From contig JAZNVZ010000007.1 of the NCBI GenBank assembly GCA_045593065.1, positions 12,071-76,070 of the forward strand: DNA of 64,000 bases, written 5' to 3'. The stretch is from Candidatus Enterousia sp. (GTDB taxonomy: Bacteria > Pseudomonadota > Alphaproteobacteria > Rs-D84). Below the pieces are notes generated by a model. The model made no database searches. It was given only the letters and a program-made list of their open reading frames with translations, and was not told the DNA's origin. The position numbers and the translations under genes are program-made. Position 1 is the stretch's first letter. Each line of letters begins with the position of its first letter. Below, piece after piece: positions 27,532 to 37,700 of this stretch.

Positions 27532-29094
27532 ATGAAAAAATTCTGGGGTGTGTCTTTGCTGGTGCTGTGTATGCCAACATTTGCGTTGGGTGCCAGTGGA
27601 TATGCCACCCAAAAGGGATGCACATTTACTTTTTCTGCAAACGGAAAGACCGAACAATTAGAAAATATCGGTCGGGCAACGTTTTATAGCGGACTCTCAG
27701 ATTTATGGTATGCAGACGGTGAATCTGTTCCGGGGGCTAATCTTAATGGGTTATTTACATGGGGTAATTTGAAATCTATTAATGGAAAATCGGTAAACAA
27801 ATCCCTGGCTGATGGTGCAGAAAGCGTTTCTTTTAATTGTGATAAAACATCACAAAATAACGGTTTTGCGGTAACATGTGGCGATATTGATGGCTCTGTG
27901 GGACAAACATCGTTGGGCGGTCGGTATTTTGCCAAATGTGTAAAAAAGACATACAAAGTCCCAGAATCTGTGAAAAAAGAATTAAAAAATCCAAACGCCC
28001 CATCAAAATCCCAGGCATCGTCAAGCAGTATCGATTCTTTCATTTTTCAATACAAACAAAAAGATAAAAATTCTGGCGATTGGCAAGAAAATGTTTTCAA
28101 TGTCGCCAAGGCAATTTTTGACACCAGCGCATCCCGCTATTTTGATGACCGAGACCAACCCCTGCGCGGAATCCCAGATGCCGTGTATTTACAAAAAATC
28201 GATAATAAATCGGTCAATATAGCAAAAGTTATACAAGAAATGAATGCAACATCTGTGATTTTTAACGGCAGTGATTACAAAAGAACCAACAGAATGTTTT
28301 ATGCCAGATGCAATAAAGATTTACAGGGCGGCAAAAAATTGGGCACAATCGAATTGTTTGGCGAACGTTATACTGTATTTGATAAATGCGTTAAGCCCAC
28401 CGCCAAAGTCCCAGCGCAACCTAAAAAGCCCGATGAAAAGTCAACAGAATTGCCTGGATGCAAATTAACATTTTTGGATAACACCGTATATGAAAATGTT
28501 TCCGTTGGCAAAACATTGGTAAACAATGACGGATATTCCGCAGAATACACAGGGACAAACAACCAAATTTTATATTCTGGATTAACAGATTCTGGGGTGC
28601 AATCTTTGACCGATTTATACATGATAAACGACACGGATATTGCCGCGCATGTCGGTGGCGCACAGGAAATTTATTTTCAATGCGATGCAGAAAATCAAAT
28701 TCAAATCAAATCTTGTCAGGATGGATACACCCCCGATGGACAATTCACCACAGAAAATGGCGATGTGTTTTACAAAAAATGTGTTCAAAACAAACCCACA
28801 GAACCAGAACAATCTGCGCCTGCGCCATCCCCCGTGTTCACAGAAATTGACGATATGTTGTATCAACATTTCCGTGAATCATCCGTGTGGAAAAATGACG
28901 AAGGCAAATTTAACACCGCACGTTTGGTGTCTGATTCTGTCGCAGGTATTGTGTTGGGGACAACCGGCGGCGTTGTTACCAGTGTCGTTATGAAAAAGAA
29001 CCAGGTCAAACACGGTCTGGAAAATGTTAAATGCGTAATTGGCGGACAAGATGTCGCCGATTACAAAGATGTCTTTGTCGTGGGCAGGCATTAA
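27532..29094 (+). CDS. Secreted protein with three degenerate repeats and Gly-rich C-terminus
   Basis: Signal peptide; units begin (GC)TFTF...EN and end KCV. Confidence 0.7.
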   Translation: MKKFWGVSLLVLCMPTFALGASGYATQKGCTFTFSANGKTEQLENIGRATFYSGLSDLWYADGESVPGANLNGLFTWGNLKSINGKSVNKSLADGAESVSFNCDKTSQNNGFAVTCGDIDGSVGQTSLGGRYFAKCVKKTYKVPESVKKELKNPNAPSKSQASSSSIDSFIFQYKQKDKNSGDWQENVFNVAKAIFDTSASRYFDDRDQPLRGIPDAVYLQKIDNKSVNIAKVIQEMNATSVIFNGSDYKRTNRMFYARCNKDLQGGKKLGTIELFGERYTVFDKCVKPTAKVPAQPKKPDEKSTELPGCKLTFLDNTVYENVSVGKTLVNNDGYSAEYTGTNNQILYSGLTDSGVQSLTDLYMINDTDIAAHVGGAQEIYFQCDAENQIQIKSCQDGYTPDGQFTTENGDVFYKKCVQNKPTEPEQSAPAPSPVFTEIDDMLYQHFRESSVWKNDEGKFNTARLVSDSVAGIVLGTTGGVVTSVVMKKNQVKHGLENVKCVIGGQDVADYKDVFVVGRH

Positions 29095-29111
29095 TTTGCC
29101 GTCATATAATC

Positions 29112-31358
29112 TTATTTAGAAAATTTACCACTGCGCGGGAATCCCACAGGTATCGTGCGACCCTGGGATGCACGGCGCGCCACCCATGGCGACATATCAT
29201 CCAATTTTGTCGTGCCACGCCCAGTCGTCCAACCAAAACCGTCCGCCGCATTAAAGAACATTACATCCAAAACATAAGTTCTTTCGGCATTATATTTTTG
29301 CAAAATTACACCCTTGCCACGCGACATTTCAGGTATTTGGTCAGTGCTGAATATCAATAATTTATCGTTGGACCCAGATATCGCAACCGTGTCCCCAGAT
29401 ACAGGTACACACAAAATCGCAGGATTTGCCGCATCAACATTCATAACCTGTTTGCCGTTCTTGGTTTGCGCCAAACAATTTTCACCACTGACAATAAACC
29501 CAGCCCCGTGTCGCGACACCAATAAATATTTCGCCGATGTGTCCAATACAAATGCACGAACAATGTTTTCATCTGCATGCAAATCCACCATCATACGAAC
29601 AGATTCACCAAAACCACGCGCAGACGGCAAATCGCCCACACCAATCGTAAACATTTTGCCAGATGCACCAAATATATTTACCTTGTCATTACTCATCGCA
29701 TGGAAAGCCGTTAATAAATTATCCCCATCTTTGAATTTTGCATCCAGATTATCCAAATCTAAATGTCCCTTGGCAGCACGTATCCAACCCATTTCCGATA
29801 AAATTACCGTCATCGGTTCTTTTTCAACCCATTCGTCTGGGTTTACAACAACATCATCAGTCGCCGCAGCCCATGTCGTACGGCGGCGGCCCAATGCGGT
29901 CTTTTTATCATATGCCTTTTTGATGTCCATAAACCACGCCTTTAACTGGGTCCGCTGTAATTCATCGTCCGCCAATAATTCTTGTAATTGTTGCTGTTCC
30001 GCACGCAATTCGGCATCTTCGCGTTTGATTTCCATTTCTTCTAATTTACGCAAAGAACGCAGGCGCGTGTTCAATATCGATTCAACCTGGATTTCCGTTA
30101 ATTCAAATTCAGCCATTAATACAGGTTTTGGGTCGTCTTCGCCACGGATGATTTCAATTACCCTGTCCAAATTCAAATACACAACCAACAGCCCACCCAA
30201 GATTTCTAATCTGTGCGCAATGTTTTTTAATCGCCAATTCGTCCGGCGTATTAATACATTTTTCTGGTGCGCAATAAATGCACGCAAAACATCCCCAATC
30301 GGCATAACACGCGGCGCACCATTTACATCAATAACATTGAAATTCATGTTGAATTTCGATTCTAAATCAGTCATCGCAAATAAATGCGCCATCATTTTGT
30401 CCACAGGTATATTACGGTTCTTGGGCGTGATAACAATGCGAACATCGGTCGTTGATTCATCAACAATGTCATCCACCAATGGCAATTTTTTCGCGTCAAC
30501 CAATTCGCCAATCTGTTCAACCAATTTAGATTTAATAACACCGTATGGAATTTCTGTGATTACAACCTGGGTTTGGCCGCGCCCCAAATCTTCGGTTTCC
30601 CATTTCGCACGAATGCGAAACGCACCACGTCCAGTGTCGTAATTTTTCACAATCGTTTCAAAATCATCAATTAATACACCACCCGTTGGAAAATCAGGCC
30701 CAACTAATTTTTTCATAATCTGGGCAGTCGTGGATTCTGGTTTATCAACAACCATACATAATGCATCGCAAACCTCTGCCACGTTGTGTGTCGGGATGTT
30801 TGTCGCCATGCCCACAGCAATGCCCATGCCACCATTCGCCAGCAAATTTGGAAACGCCCCAGGCATAACCGTTGGTTCCACGGTCGTTCCGTCAAAATTC
30901 GGCATCATGTCAACACTGTCTTCGTCAATACCTTCCATAATCATCATGGCCGCCTGGGTCATTTTGGATTCAGTATAACGATATGCCGCCTGGGGGTCGC
31001 CATCAATGTTGCCAAAATTCCCTTGGCCATCAATTAATGGATAACGAACCGAAAAGTCCTGGGCCAGTCGAACCATCGCATCATAAACAGATGAATCCCC
31101 ATGCGGATGATAATGACCCAATACATCCCCAACCACAGTCGCACATTTACGAAATGCCGCAGATGGCGATAATTTTTGCCGCAACATAGAAAATAAAATT
31201 CGGCGATGTACGGGTTTTAACCCGTCACGAACATCAGGCAATGCACGCGATACAATCGTTGATACCGCATACGATAAATAACGTTCGCTTAACGCATCCC
31301 CCAGTTGCTGGGAATCAATTTTTTCAATAGTTTTTGCGTTTTCTTTCATGTCTGCCAT
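29112..31358 (-). CDS. parC: DNA topoisomerase IV subunit A
   Basis: RYLSYA.STI.SRALPDVRDGLKPVHRR, YHPHGD, AAYRYTE; 748 aa with short CTD. Confidence 0.93.
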   Translation of the reverse strand: MADMKENAKTIEKIDSQQLGDALSERYLSYAVSTIVSRALPDVRDGLKPVHRRILFSMLRQKLSPSAAFRKCATVVGDVLGHYHPHGDSSVYDAMVRLAQDFSVRYPLIDGQGNFGNIDGDPQAAYRYTESKMTQAAMMIMEGIDEDSVDMMPNFDGTTVEPTVMPGAFPNLLANGGMGIAVGMATNIPTHNVAEVCDALCMVVDKPESTTAQIMKKLVGPDFPTGGVLIDDFETIVKNYDTGRGAFRIRAKWETEDLGRGQTQVVITEIPYGVIKSKLVEQIGELVDAKKLPLVDDIVDESTTDVRIVITPKNRNIPVDKMMAHLFAMTDLESKFNMNFNVIDVNGAPRVMPIGDVLRAFIAHQKNVLIRRTNWRLKNIAHRLEILGGLLVVYLNLDRVIEIIRGEDDPKPVLMAEFELTEIQVESILNTRLRSLRKLEEMEIKREDAELRAEQQQLQELLADDELQRTQLKAWFMDIKKAYDKKTALGRRRTTWAAATDDVVVNPDEWVEKEPMTVILSEMGWIRAAKGHLDLDNLDAKFKDGDNLLTAFHAMSNDKVNIFGASGKMFTIGVGDLPSARGFGESVRMMVDLHADENIVRAFVLDTSAKYLLVSRHGAGFIVSGENCLAQTKNGKQVMNVDAANPAILCVPVSGDTVAISGSNDKLLIFSTDQIPEMSRGKGVILQKYNAERTYVLDVMFFNAADGFGWTTGRGTTKLDDMSPWVARRASQGRTIPVGFPRSGKFSK

Positions 31359-31455
31359 CTCTGTTTTATCAAAAGCAAATTAGAACATTTCAAAATTTTT
31401 CGCAAGCCCAATTTGAGAACTTTTGCCATTTACAATAATTTTACAGATTTTATAC

Positions 31456-31484
31456 TTGACACAAAATGTATTTTGTAATATAAT
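31456..31484 (+). promoter_or_regulatory. Perfect sigma70 consensus promoter
   Basis: TTGACA-17 bp-TATAAT. Confidence 0.8.
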
Positions 31485-31490
31485 TGTATA

Positions 31491-31634
31491 TACAAAGGTT
31501 AATATCTGTGGTTCCCAATATGTTGGGCGGGCTGTCGTGGTGATAAGTCGGGATGTGCCGTGCATGGGCATGTTTGAATGTACGTTATGAAAAGATAACG
31601 AACCATTAGTGTCAAAAACCCTGGGTGGTTTTTG
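31491..31634 (+). ncRNA. Candidate structured sRNA or regulatory leader
   Basis: Multibranch fold closed by GTGGTTC/GAACCAT, followed by a terminator-like AAAAACC..GGTTTTT. Confidence 0.4.
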
Positions 31635-31664
31635 CGCACAAATGCAAAACAAAGGGGAGCCAAG

Positions 31665-32732
31665 ATGAAATTTTCGAAAGTATTTCAATATTTTTTACTT
31701 GGGACACTGGTCGCAGTACCAAAGATTAGTGGCAATTTCGATGACACCGGCATTTCTTTGCATGCACAACAGGTTAAGACCGTGAAAATTCCAACCGTTC
31801 AAGACAAAATTAATAAAAAAGCAGAAAAACTGTGTGATGTATATATTGCTAATGTTTTGCGCGGACAACAAAATATTAAAAACAGCAATAAAACCTATAC
31901 AAGGGCTGTGCGCACTGAATTACCAGGCGCGCCTGTTAAAATGCACTGTATTTATGGACAATACACGCAATTAAACCGTGCGTTGGACGAATTGAATGAC
32001 ACATTAACTGTTGTGCCGTTTGCTGCGCGCAATGCGTGTTCTGTGTTCCGTAATGAAATGAAAAAGAAATATGCTGGTGCTGAATTTGCCGGCGCGTTGC
32101 ATAACGGGAAAATGTTCAAAAATGCCGCATCGTATAATCGCGCATTGGACCAATTCTTGAAACATCATAATGTTACAGAAAACACACCTGATGATATAAA
32201 AAACAAGGTTATTGCCAAATTTAAACAAAATAATTACAAGGCAGACGATTTGCATCCGGGGACTATTTTAATTGTTCAACGCGGGGCAAACCCAAATAAT
32301 GCCCACGCTATTATGTACCTGGGACGCGGCCGCGTTGAAAACAAAAAGGATTTTGTTCCTGACGCGAACGGTCAACATATTTACGCTGGGTACAATAATG
32401 AATCTGTAGGGGATTTGTTCTTGGCATTTAATACAGACCATGTTTTTGCCGCAGATGTTTACACAATCGCATCTGTATTGTATACAAATGAATTTAACAA
32501 GATTCAAAATATGAAGGATAAAGAACTGTTCCGCTTTGTATACGATGCCCCCAGCGAAGAATACGCATTTATGCCACAAAAAGAAAAATTACAAAATATG
32601 GCAACAGAAAAATATTTTAATCGAGAAACATTTGTCCCAGGTGCAACACCAATTAAAAAAACTAATACAGCAGTCGCATCTTTTGCACCAAAACTGTTGG
32701 ATGTAATGTTAAACAAAAAGACAAATCAATAA
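31665..32732 (+). CDS. Hypothetical exported protein (possible Cys/His peptidase-like fold)
   Basis: SD GGGGAG; N-terminal hydrophobic segment; HC...Q and PG.ILI...HAIMYLG motifs. Confidence 0.6.
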   Translation: MKFSKVFQYFLLGTLVAVPKISGNFDDTGISLHAQQVKTVKIPTVQDKINKKAEKLCDVYIANVLRGQQNIKNSNKTYTRAVRTELPGAPVKMHCIYGQYTQLNRALDELNDTLTVVPFAARNACSVFRNEMKKKYAGAEFAGALHNGKMFKNAASYNRALDQFLKHHNVTENTPDDIKNKVIAKFKQNNYKADDLHPGTILIVQRGANPNNAHAIMYLGRGRVENKKDFVPDANGQHIYAGYNNESVGDLFLAFNTDHVFAADVYTIASVLYTNEFNKIQNMKDKELFRFVYDAPSEEYAFMPQKEKLQNMATEKYFNRETFVPGATPIKKTNTAVASFAPKLLDVMLNKKTNQ

Positions 32733-32750
32733 AACAAAGGGGGCAATTTT

Positions 32751-33029
32751 TTAGCCCCCTATTTTATGTTTAATTTCACGAATCCGCGCCAATATTTCAC
32801 GCAAATCAGCATCGGTTGCCGCGGCGTTTGGACGATTATGGATGCCGTCTGCCAAAACGATACACAATGTTGCCAATAACGATGTTTCAGGCAATGGCCC
32901 AATTTTATCCAATATTTCGCGTGCACGCATATCAATTATCCGTCCCAATTCCAACAAACGTTCTTCCTGGCCGTCTTCACAGCCCATTTGGTAATTTTTA
33001 TTAACGATGGATATTGTAACGACACTCAT
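32751..33029 (-). CDS. zapA: Cell division protein ZapA
   Basis: V.I.I....Y...CEDGQEE.L..L...ID.R......LAD. Confidence 0.85.
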   Translation of the reverse strand: MSVVTISIVNKNYQMGCEDGQEERLLELGRIIDMRAREILDKIGPLPETSLLATLCIVLADGIHNRPNAAATDADLREILARIREIKHKIGG

Positions 33030-33033
33030 ATTC

Positions 33034-33252
33034 TTATTTTCTCTTTAATTTTTCCAATATTGACATAGATTTATCAATCATTTCAACAGCGCGCGCGTTT
33101 TTGGCACGCAAATTTTTAACCTGTTGCGTTAAAATTGCAACCTCTAAATCCGTTTGCCGCCCAGCCGCAGACACATCCGAACGCAGTCCCAACACCGCGT
33201 TTTCCAGTGCATTTAATTCTTGAAATATTTGTTGTTTCAAATCTGTCATCAT
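33034..33252 (-). CDS. Small coiled-coil protein upstream of zapA (ZapB/ZauP-like)
   Basis: 72-aa heptad protein; conserved position before zapA in alphaproteobacteria. Confidence 0.55.
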   Translation of the reverse strand: MMTDLKQQIFQELNALENAVLGLRSDVSAAGRQTDLEVAILTQQVKNLRAKNARAVEMIDKSMSILEKLKRK

Positions 33253-33340
33253 TTTTGTATTTTACGACATTTTTTATATGCGTTCAACCAGAAAATGTGA
33301 TATAATGATATCGAAATATTTCAATCAAGGATTGGGTTTT

Positions 33341-34276
33341 ATGAAAACAAAAATTATCTATATCTCTGGGAGTGAGGTTTTTAATATGGCTGATGTGCGT
33401 ATGGCATTTGACACCGTGCGCCGCGAATTAGGATTGGGGGGCGACACCATACTGTTTGGTGTGCCTGTGGATGCAGACGATGCGTTGGGCGCACAATTTG
33501 AATCTGTGCAACCTGCCCCGGCGCATACAGAAAAAACAATCGTTCCTGAACCAACCACTGTCAATGATACAGACGCAACTGTGGAAAAACCAAAACGCAG
33601 AAAAAAAACTGCGCCCCGGGTCGTTGAACCAGAACCTGTGATTGAAACAGTCCAAGAAACCATTGTATCTGCAACACCAGAACAAAACCAAGAATCTGGG
33701 GTTATTCCTATTTTATCTGTGTTGGGCGGAAATGCCACAAGCACCCAGGAACCTGCGCCAGATATTCAAAATGATGATATTGTCGATAACACAAATGACG
33801 ATGTCGCAGATGAACAATTTGATACAGAACAAAATATCACCATATCTGGGGTCAGTGTTGATATTATTGATGATGCAGATGATGAAACAACCGAACAAAT
33901 TGACGATACCAACACAGATACAGACGAAGAAGACCCATTGGCAAAATTATTACAATCTGTGCAATCTTTGAACGATGACAAAAACGATGCAGACATGTCG
34001 GTTTTGCAAGAACCAGACGACACAACAGATGAAACAGATGCAACATTGGAAAAATTGGCAACAGAATTCGCCGAAAACCAAGATAAAATCGTTAACACAA
34101 CCAAAAGTTCTGCGCGCGGTGGCAGAATTGGAAAATTAAAAAATATTTTGCCATTTAAAAAATCAAAACATAACGAATCCAGTTTAATGGGCGATTTGTT
34201 TGGATGGGCGGGGGTTGCTGCAAACGATGAAGAATTCGCAATTCCTGAATTTTTCCCAACCGCTGCAAAAAAATAA
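33341..34276 (+). CDS. Acidic low-complexity hypothetical protein
   Basis: Asp/Glu/Thr-rich linker with apparently ordered N- and C-termini. Confidence 0.7.
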   Translation: MKTKIIYISGSEVFNMADVRMAFDTVRRELGLGGDTILFGVPVDADDALGAQFESVQPAPAHTEKTIVPEPTTVNDTDATVEKPKRRKKTAPRVVEPEPVIETVQETIVSATPEQNQESGVIPILSVLGGNATSTQEPAPDIQNDDIVDNTNDDVADEQFDTEQNITISGVSVDIIDDADDETTEQIDDTNTDTDEEDPLAKLLQSVQSLNDDKNDADMSVLQEPDDTTDETDATLEKLATEFAENQDKIVNTTKSSARGGRIGKLKNILPFKKSKHNESSLMGDLFGWAGVAANDEEFAIPEFFPTAAKK

Positions 34277-34285
34277 GGCGGGTGT

Positions 34286-34732
34286 ATGAATCAAGAGTTA
34301 TTAGAAAATATTTATAAAACTCTTAAAAACGCAGGGTTTGAAATGCCGTCCAGTTGCCCTGGCGGTAAAATTTGCATCATCGACCCAACATGTATTTGGC
34401 CACCATTACTGGATTTTATACATACCGCATGGATATTGTTGACAATCGCAACAGTGGCATTGTTGGCTGGATGGGGTGCAACAATGTTGCGGGGCGCAAA
34501 TCACGACATGGTAAAAAATTTACGCACATTGGTATTAATTTTTGGTGTGCTGTCTGCGACATTGCCAATATTAAAAGTTATCGGCGGCGAAAACGTGTTA
34601 ATCAATCAATGTAATGTCATAGAATTACCACAACAAGATGTTGCAAAATTGTTGGAAACCGCACAAAAAAGTTTGGAAAAAGCAAATTACGAAAGTTTCG
34701 AAATTATTGATTCTCAATACGATAATTTTTAA
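34286..34732 (+). CDS. Hypothetical membrane protein
   Basis: Two hydrophobic helices. Confidence 0.65.
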   Translation: MNQELLENIYKTLKNAGFEMPSSCPGGKICIIDPTCIWPPLLDFIHTAWILLTIATVALLAGWGATMLRGANHDMVKNLRTLVLIFGVLSATLPILKVIGGENVLINQCNVIELPQQDVAKLLETAQKSLEKANYESFEIIDSQYDNF

Positions 34733-35412
34733 TCACGCAATAAACCAACATCACGCGCAGAATAAATTGAATGTTTTGATACCAACAAATGGTCATACAA
34801 TTTTATTCCCAGACCATCAAATAATTTCTTTACTTCTGCGGTGGTGTCAATATCTTGACTGGAAAATGTAGAATCACTGGCTGGATGATTATGAACCAAC
34901 ACAACACCCGTAGAGTTTAATTTTAACGCATGACGAACAATTTCGCGAACATATAAACTGGCCGCATTGCATGTTCCAGAATTGTGTAATTCGTCTTGCA
35001 ACAAACGATAATCGCCGTCCAGGTACAATACATGAATTTCTTCAACTGGTTTATCTGCATACGCCCATTTGCAATAATTTTTTAATAAATTTATATCATA
35101 AAAAATTGGACAATTACCCATTGCATCTCGATACCCAATCAAAACCATGTCGTGCACCAATTTCAAAAATATTGCTATATTACGACCAACGCCGGGTACC
35201 AACAACAATTCATCCATCGGCGCAGATATTACACGCGCCAATGAACCAAATCTTTTGATTAACGCATGCGCCAACGGACGCATATCACGGCGCGGCACGA
35301 CATAACCCAACATTAATTCTAATTTTTCATAGTCAGCCAGATTGCCGTCCAAAAATTTTTGACGCAATCTTTCCCTGTGGCCACAACGAAACATAGAATT
35401 TGGATTTGCCAA
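34729..35412 (-). CDS. radC: RadC/JAB domain protein
   Basis: GHRERLR, HhH VPGVG, HNHP.......S..D, DHL. Confidence 0.9.
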   Translation of the reverse strand: MANPNSMFRCGHRERLRQKFLDGNLADYEKLELMLGYVVPRRDMRPLAHALIKRFGSLARVISAPMDELLLVPGVGRNIAIFLKLVHDMVLIGYRDAMGNCPIFYDINLLKNYCKWAYADKPVEEIHVLYLDGDYRLLQDELHNSGTCNAASLYVREIVRHALKLNSTGVVLVHNHPASDSTFSSQDIDTTAEVKKLFDGLGIKLYDHLLVSKHSIYSARDVGLLRD

Positions 35413-35415
35413 TCT

Positions 35416-36177
35416 TTATACCATTTTTTCTGTGAATATTATAACACCGTCTTCGGTAATCCCCAGTGTGTGTTCCCATTGCGCAGATAATCCGCCGTCA
35501 ACAGTCCTGGCCGTCCATCCGTCTGCATCAATTTTACATTTCGGGGACCCAGTATTTATCATTGGTTCAATAGTAAAAACCAATCCAGGAACCATTTTGA
35601 CCCGGTCCCACATTTTATCATAAAAATGAAAGATTTGTGGATCATCGTGCATGACCTTGCCTATACCATGCCCAACAAAATCACGCGATATCGAAAAACC
35701 ATGCGGTTTTACCACAGATTCAATCGTTTTACCAATTTCTGATAATGGTACACCTGGGGCACAAATAGATATTGCAGCATTTAATGCATCTTGGCATGTT
35801 TGCACCAATTCACGCGCCTGGGGCGACACATTGCCAATCATAAACATACGCGATGCGTCACCATGGAAACCCTTGTATTCTGCGGTTAAATCGACATTGA
35901 CGATATCGCCGTCTTTTAAAATTTCATTATCATTTGGAATTCCGTGCACAATAACATCATTGACAGATGTACAAATATGTTTTGGATATCCCATATATCC
36001 TAAATCCGAAGAACGCGCACCGTTGGCATGTAAAAATTCAGCAACCAACCTGTCGATTTCACCCGTAGAAATTCCTGCACGAATGTGCGGGGTAATATAA
36101 TCAAAGCACCGTGCAACCAAATCCCCAGATGCACGCAACCGTTTAAAATCTTTTGGGGCATATACAGACGACAGCAT
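35416..36177 (-). CDS. map: Methionine aminopeptidase type I
   Basis: CTSVND..VHGIP, GHGIG, FTIEPM, SAQWEHT. Confidence 0.96.
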   Translation of the reverse strand: MLSSVYAPKDFKRLRASGDLVARCFDYITPHIRAGISTGEIDRLVAEFLHANGARSSDLGYMGYPKHICTSVNDVIVHGIPNDNEILKDGDIVNVDLTAEYKGFHGDASRMFMIGNVSPQARELVQTCQDALNAAISICAPGVPLSEIGKTIESVVKPHGFSISRDFVGHGIGKVMHDDPQIFHFYDKMWDRVKMVPGLVFTIEPMINTGSPKCKIDADGWTARTVDGGLSAQWEHTLGITEDGVIIFTEKMV

Positions 36178-37166
36178 TATTTTCTCCTCTTGCTAGCAAT
36201 TTTGGCAGTCCTGAGTGCCAATTTCAACGAAAAATCCCGTAATAAAATTTCACCCGGCATATCCTTGGTACGTAATTGTCCTTCTAATTCATTTAATCTT
36301 ATCAAAACCGCATCTATTTCTGGTTCTGTCCAAATTTTAATCGCACGATTAAACTTGTCAGAAACCTTCCAAAACAGGTGCGGTAATTGCCCATCAACAA
36401 CCGCCGTTAACAATTTCTTGAAATGCGAATCCAGCATACGAATCAACATATTAGGGTCAACATTGTCGTACATTAACCTGTCCAGCGCAGTCATTGTTTG
36501 CGACACATAACCCGCCGTCAAAGAATATAAATAATCATCAATGTCTGATGCAGATGTATCAGGCAAACATTTTTCTACATCGTCCAGTTCAACGACCCTT
36601 TTGTCGCCAACATACAACGCAATTTTGGTTAAAAAACCACGCGTAATTCCACGGTCGCCCCCCATGTGCGTTGTCATATATTCCATTGCATCCGGGGTAA
36701 TTTGGTCAATGCCCGCAGATGCAGACAATGTGTCGCGTATTAAATTCGCCAATGTGCGCGCATCATCTGTATAACACGGCAATGCCGCCATGTCTGGGGC
36801 ATTTTCGTATAATGTGCGCAAACCACCCCCTGCCCGCAATTCCCCAGCGCATACAATCACAGATGCACATAAACCTGGGTGGCAAACCAAATCCTGGACA
36901 GATTTCGCCATAGAATCACCAGCATTATAAATAATCACCATTTTTTGACCGCCAAACATAGATGGACTGCAACTTTCGGCAAAAATAGCATCTTGTTTGT
37001 CGCGGAATTCATCGGCGTCCACAGAAAATAAATTATCCCTGTCTATTTGTAAAATTTCAACCGCCTTGTCGCACAGTTCATCAACCTGACCAGCATCTGG
37101 GCCATAAATCAAAACCGATTTAATTGTTTTGATACCATTTTTAAAATCGGTCTCTTTCCATTTCAT
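36177..37166 (-). CDS. holA: DNA polymerase III delta subunit
   Basis: LIYGPD.G, SMFGG, CY.D, KIALY; follows lptE. Confidence 0.85.
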   Translation of the reverse strand: MKWKETDFKNGIKTIKSVLIYGPDAGQVDELCDKAVEILQIDRDNLFSVDADEFRDKQDAIFAESCSPSMFGGQKMVIIYNAGDSMAKSVQDLVCHPGLCASVIVCAGELRAGGGLRTLYENAPDMAALPCYTDDARTLANLIRDTLSASAGIDQITPDAMEYMTTHMGGDRGITRGFLTKIALYVGDKRVVELDDVEKCLPDTSASDIDDYLYSLTAGYVSQTMTALDRLMYDNVDPNMLIRMLDSHFKKLLTAVVDGQLPHLFWKVSDKFNRAIKIWTEPEIDAVLIRLNELEGQLRTKDMPGEILLRDFSLKLALRTAKIASKRRK

Positions 37167-37630
37167 TATTTGCCCGCCTTGTCATAATCCTGGGTTTCTG
37201 CGATGGCACGACTGCTGATTTTATCAGCCAATACAGACACCGCATTTTGAACAGCATTATTATACGATGCGTTCGCAGCCACCAAATAACGAACAAATGT
37301 ATATGATTCCGATGCAACCTCGGTCCCCGAGGCAATTTTGTTATCGCCCGCAAATAAATCATAATGCGCAGTTAATTTAATTGCCTGCCATGTTGCAGTA
37401 CCAGACACATCTAATCCTTTGTATGTTCGTTGGGGTTCGTCCAGTTTCACCACCAGTTTATATGCGGCCCCAGGTGTGCGTGCACCACCAAATTTTGCAT
37501 TTAATGAATTTCGTAATTCAATACCGTTTATGCCGCTGATTTTTTCAACATAAATATCCGTATCGTTCCCAGAAAACATAGGACGAAAACCGCACCCAGC
37601 CAACAATAACAAAACCAATAATTTTTTCAT
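37166..37630 (-). CDS. lptE: LPS assembly lipoprotein LptE
   Basis: LAGCGFRP lipobox; lptE-holA synteny. Confidence 0.8.
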   Translation of the reverse strand: MKKLLVLLLLAGCGFRPMFSGNDTDIYVEKISGINGIELRNSLNAKFGGARTPGAAYKLVVKLDEPQRTYKGLDVSGTATWQAIKLTAHYDLFAGDNKIASGTEVASESYTFVRYLVAANASYNNAVQNAVSVLADKISSRAIAETQDYDKAGK

Positions 37631-37700
37631 ATTAAAACCGTTTTTATTTGTTGCATTTTATATTTATATTACCTACACTTTTGATAAATCGCAAGAGGGA

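Noticed and set aside
29314-30642. 442-aa plus-strand ORF
   Set aside because: Antisense shadow of parC with no recognisable motifs.
32730-32760. 6S RNA downstream of zapA
   Set aside because: Only 18 bp separate zapA from the convergent gene, and the structured segment at 31491-31634 is multibranched rather than a 6S-like rod.
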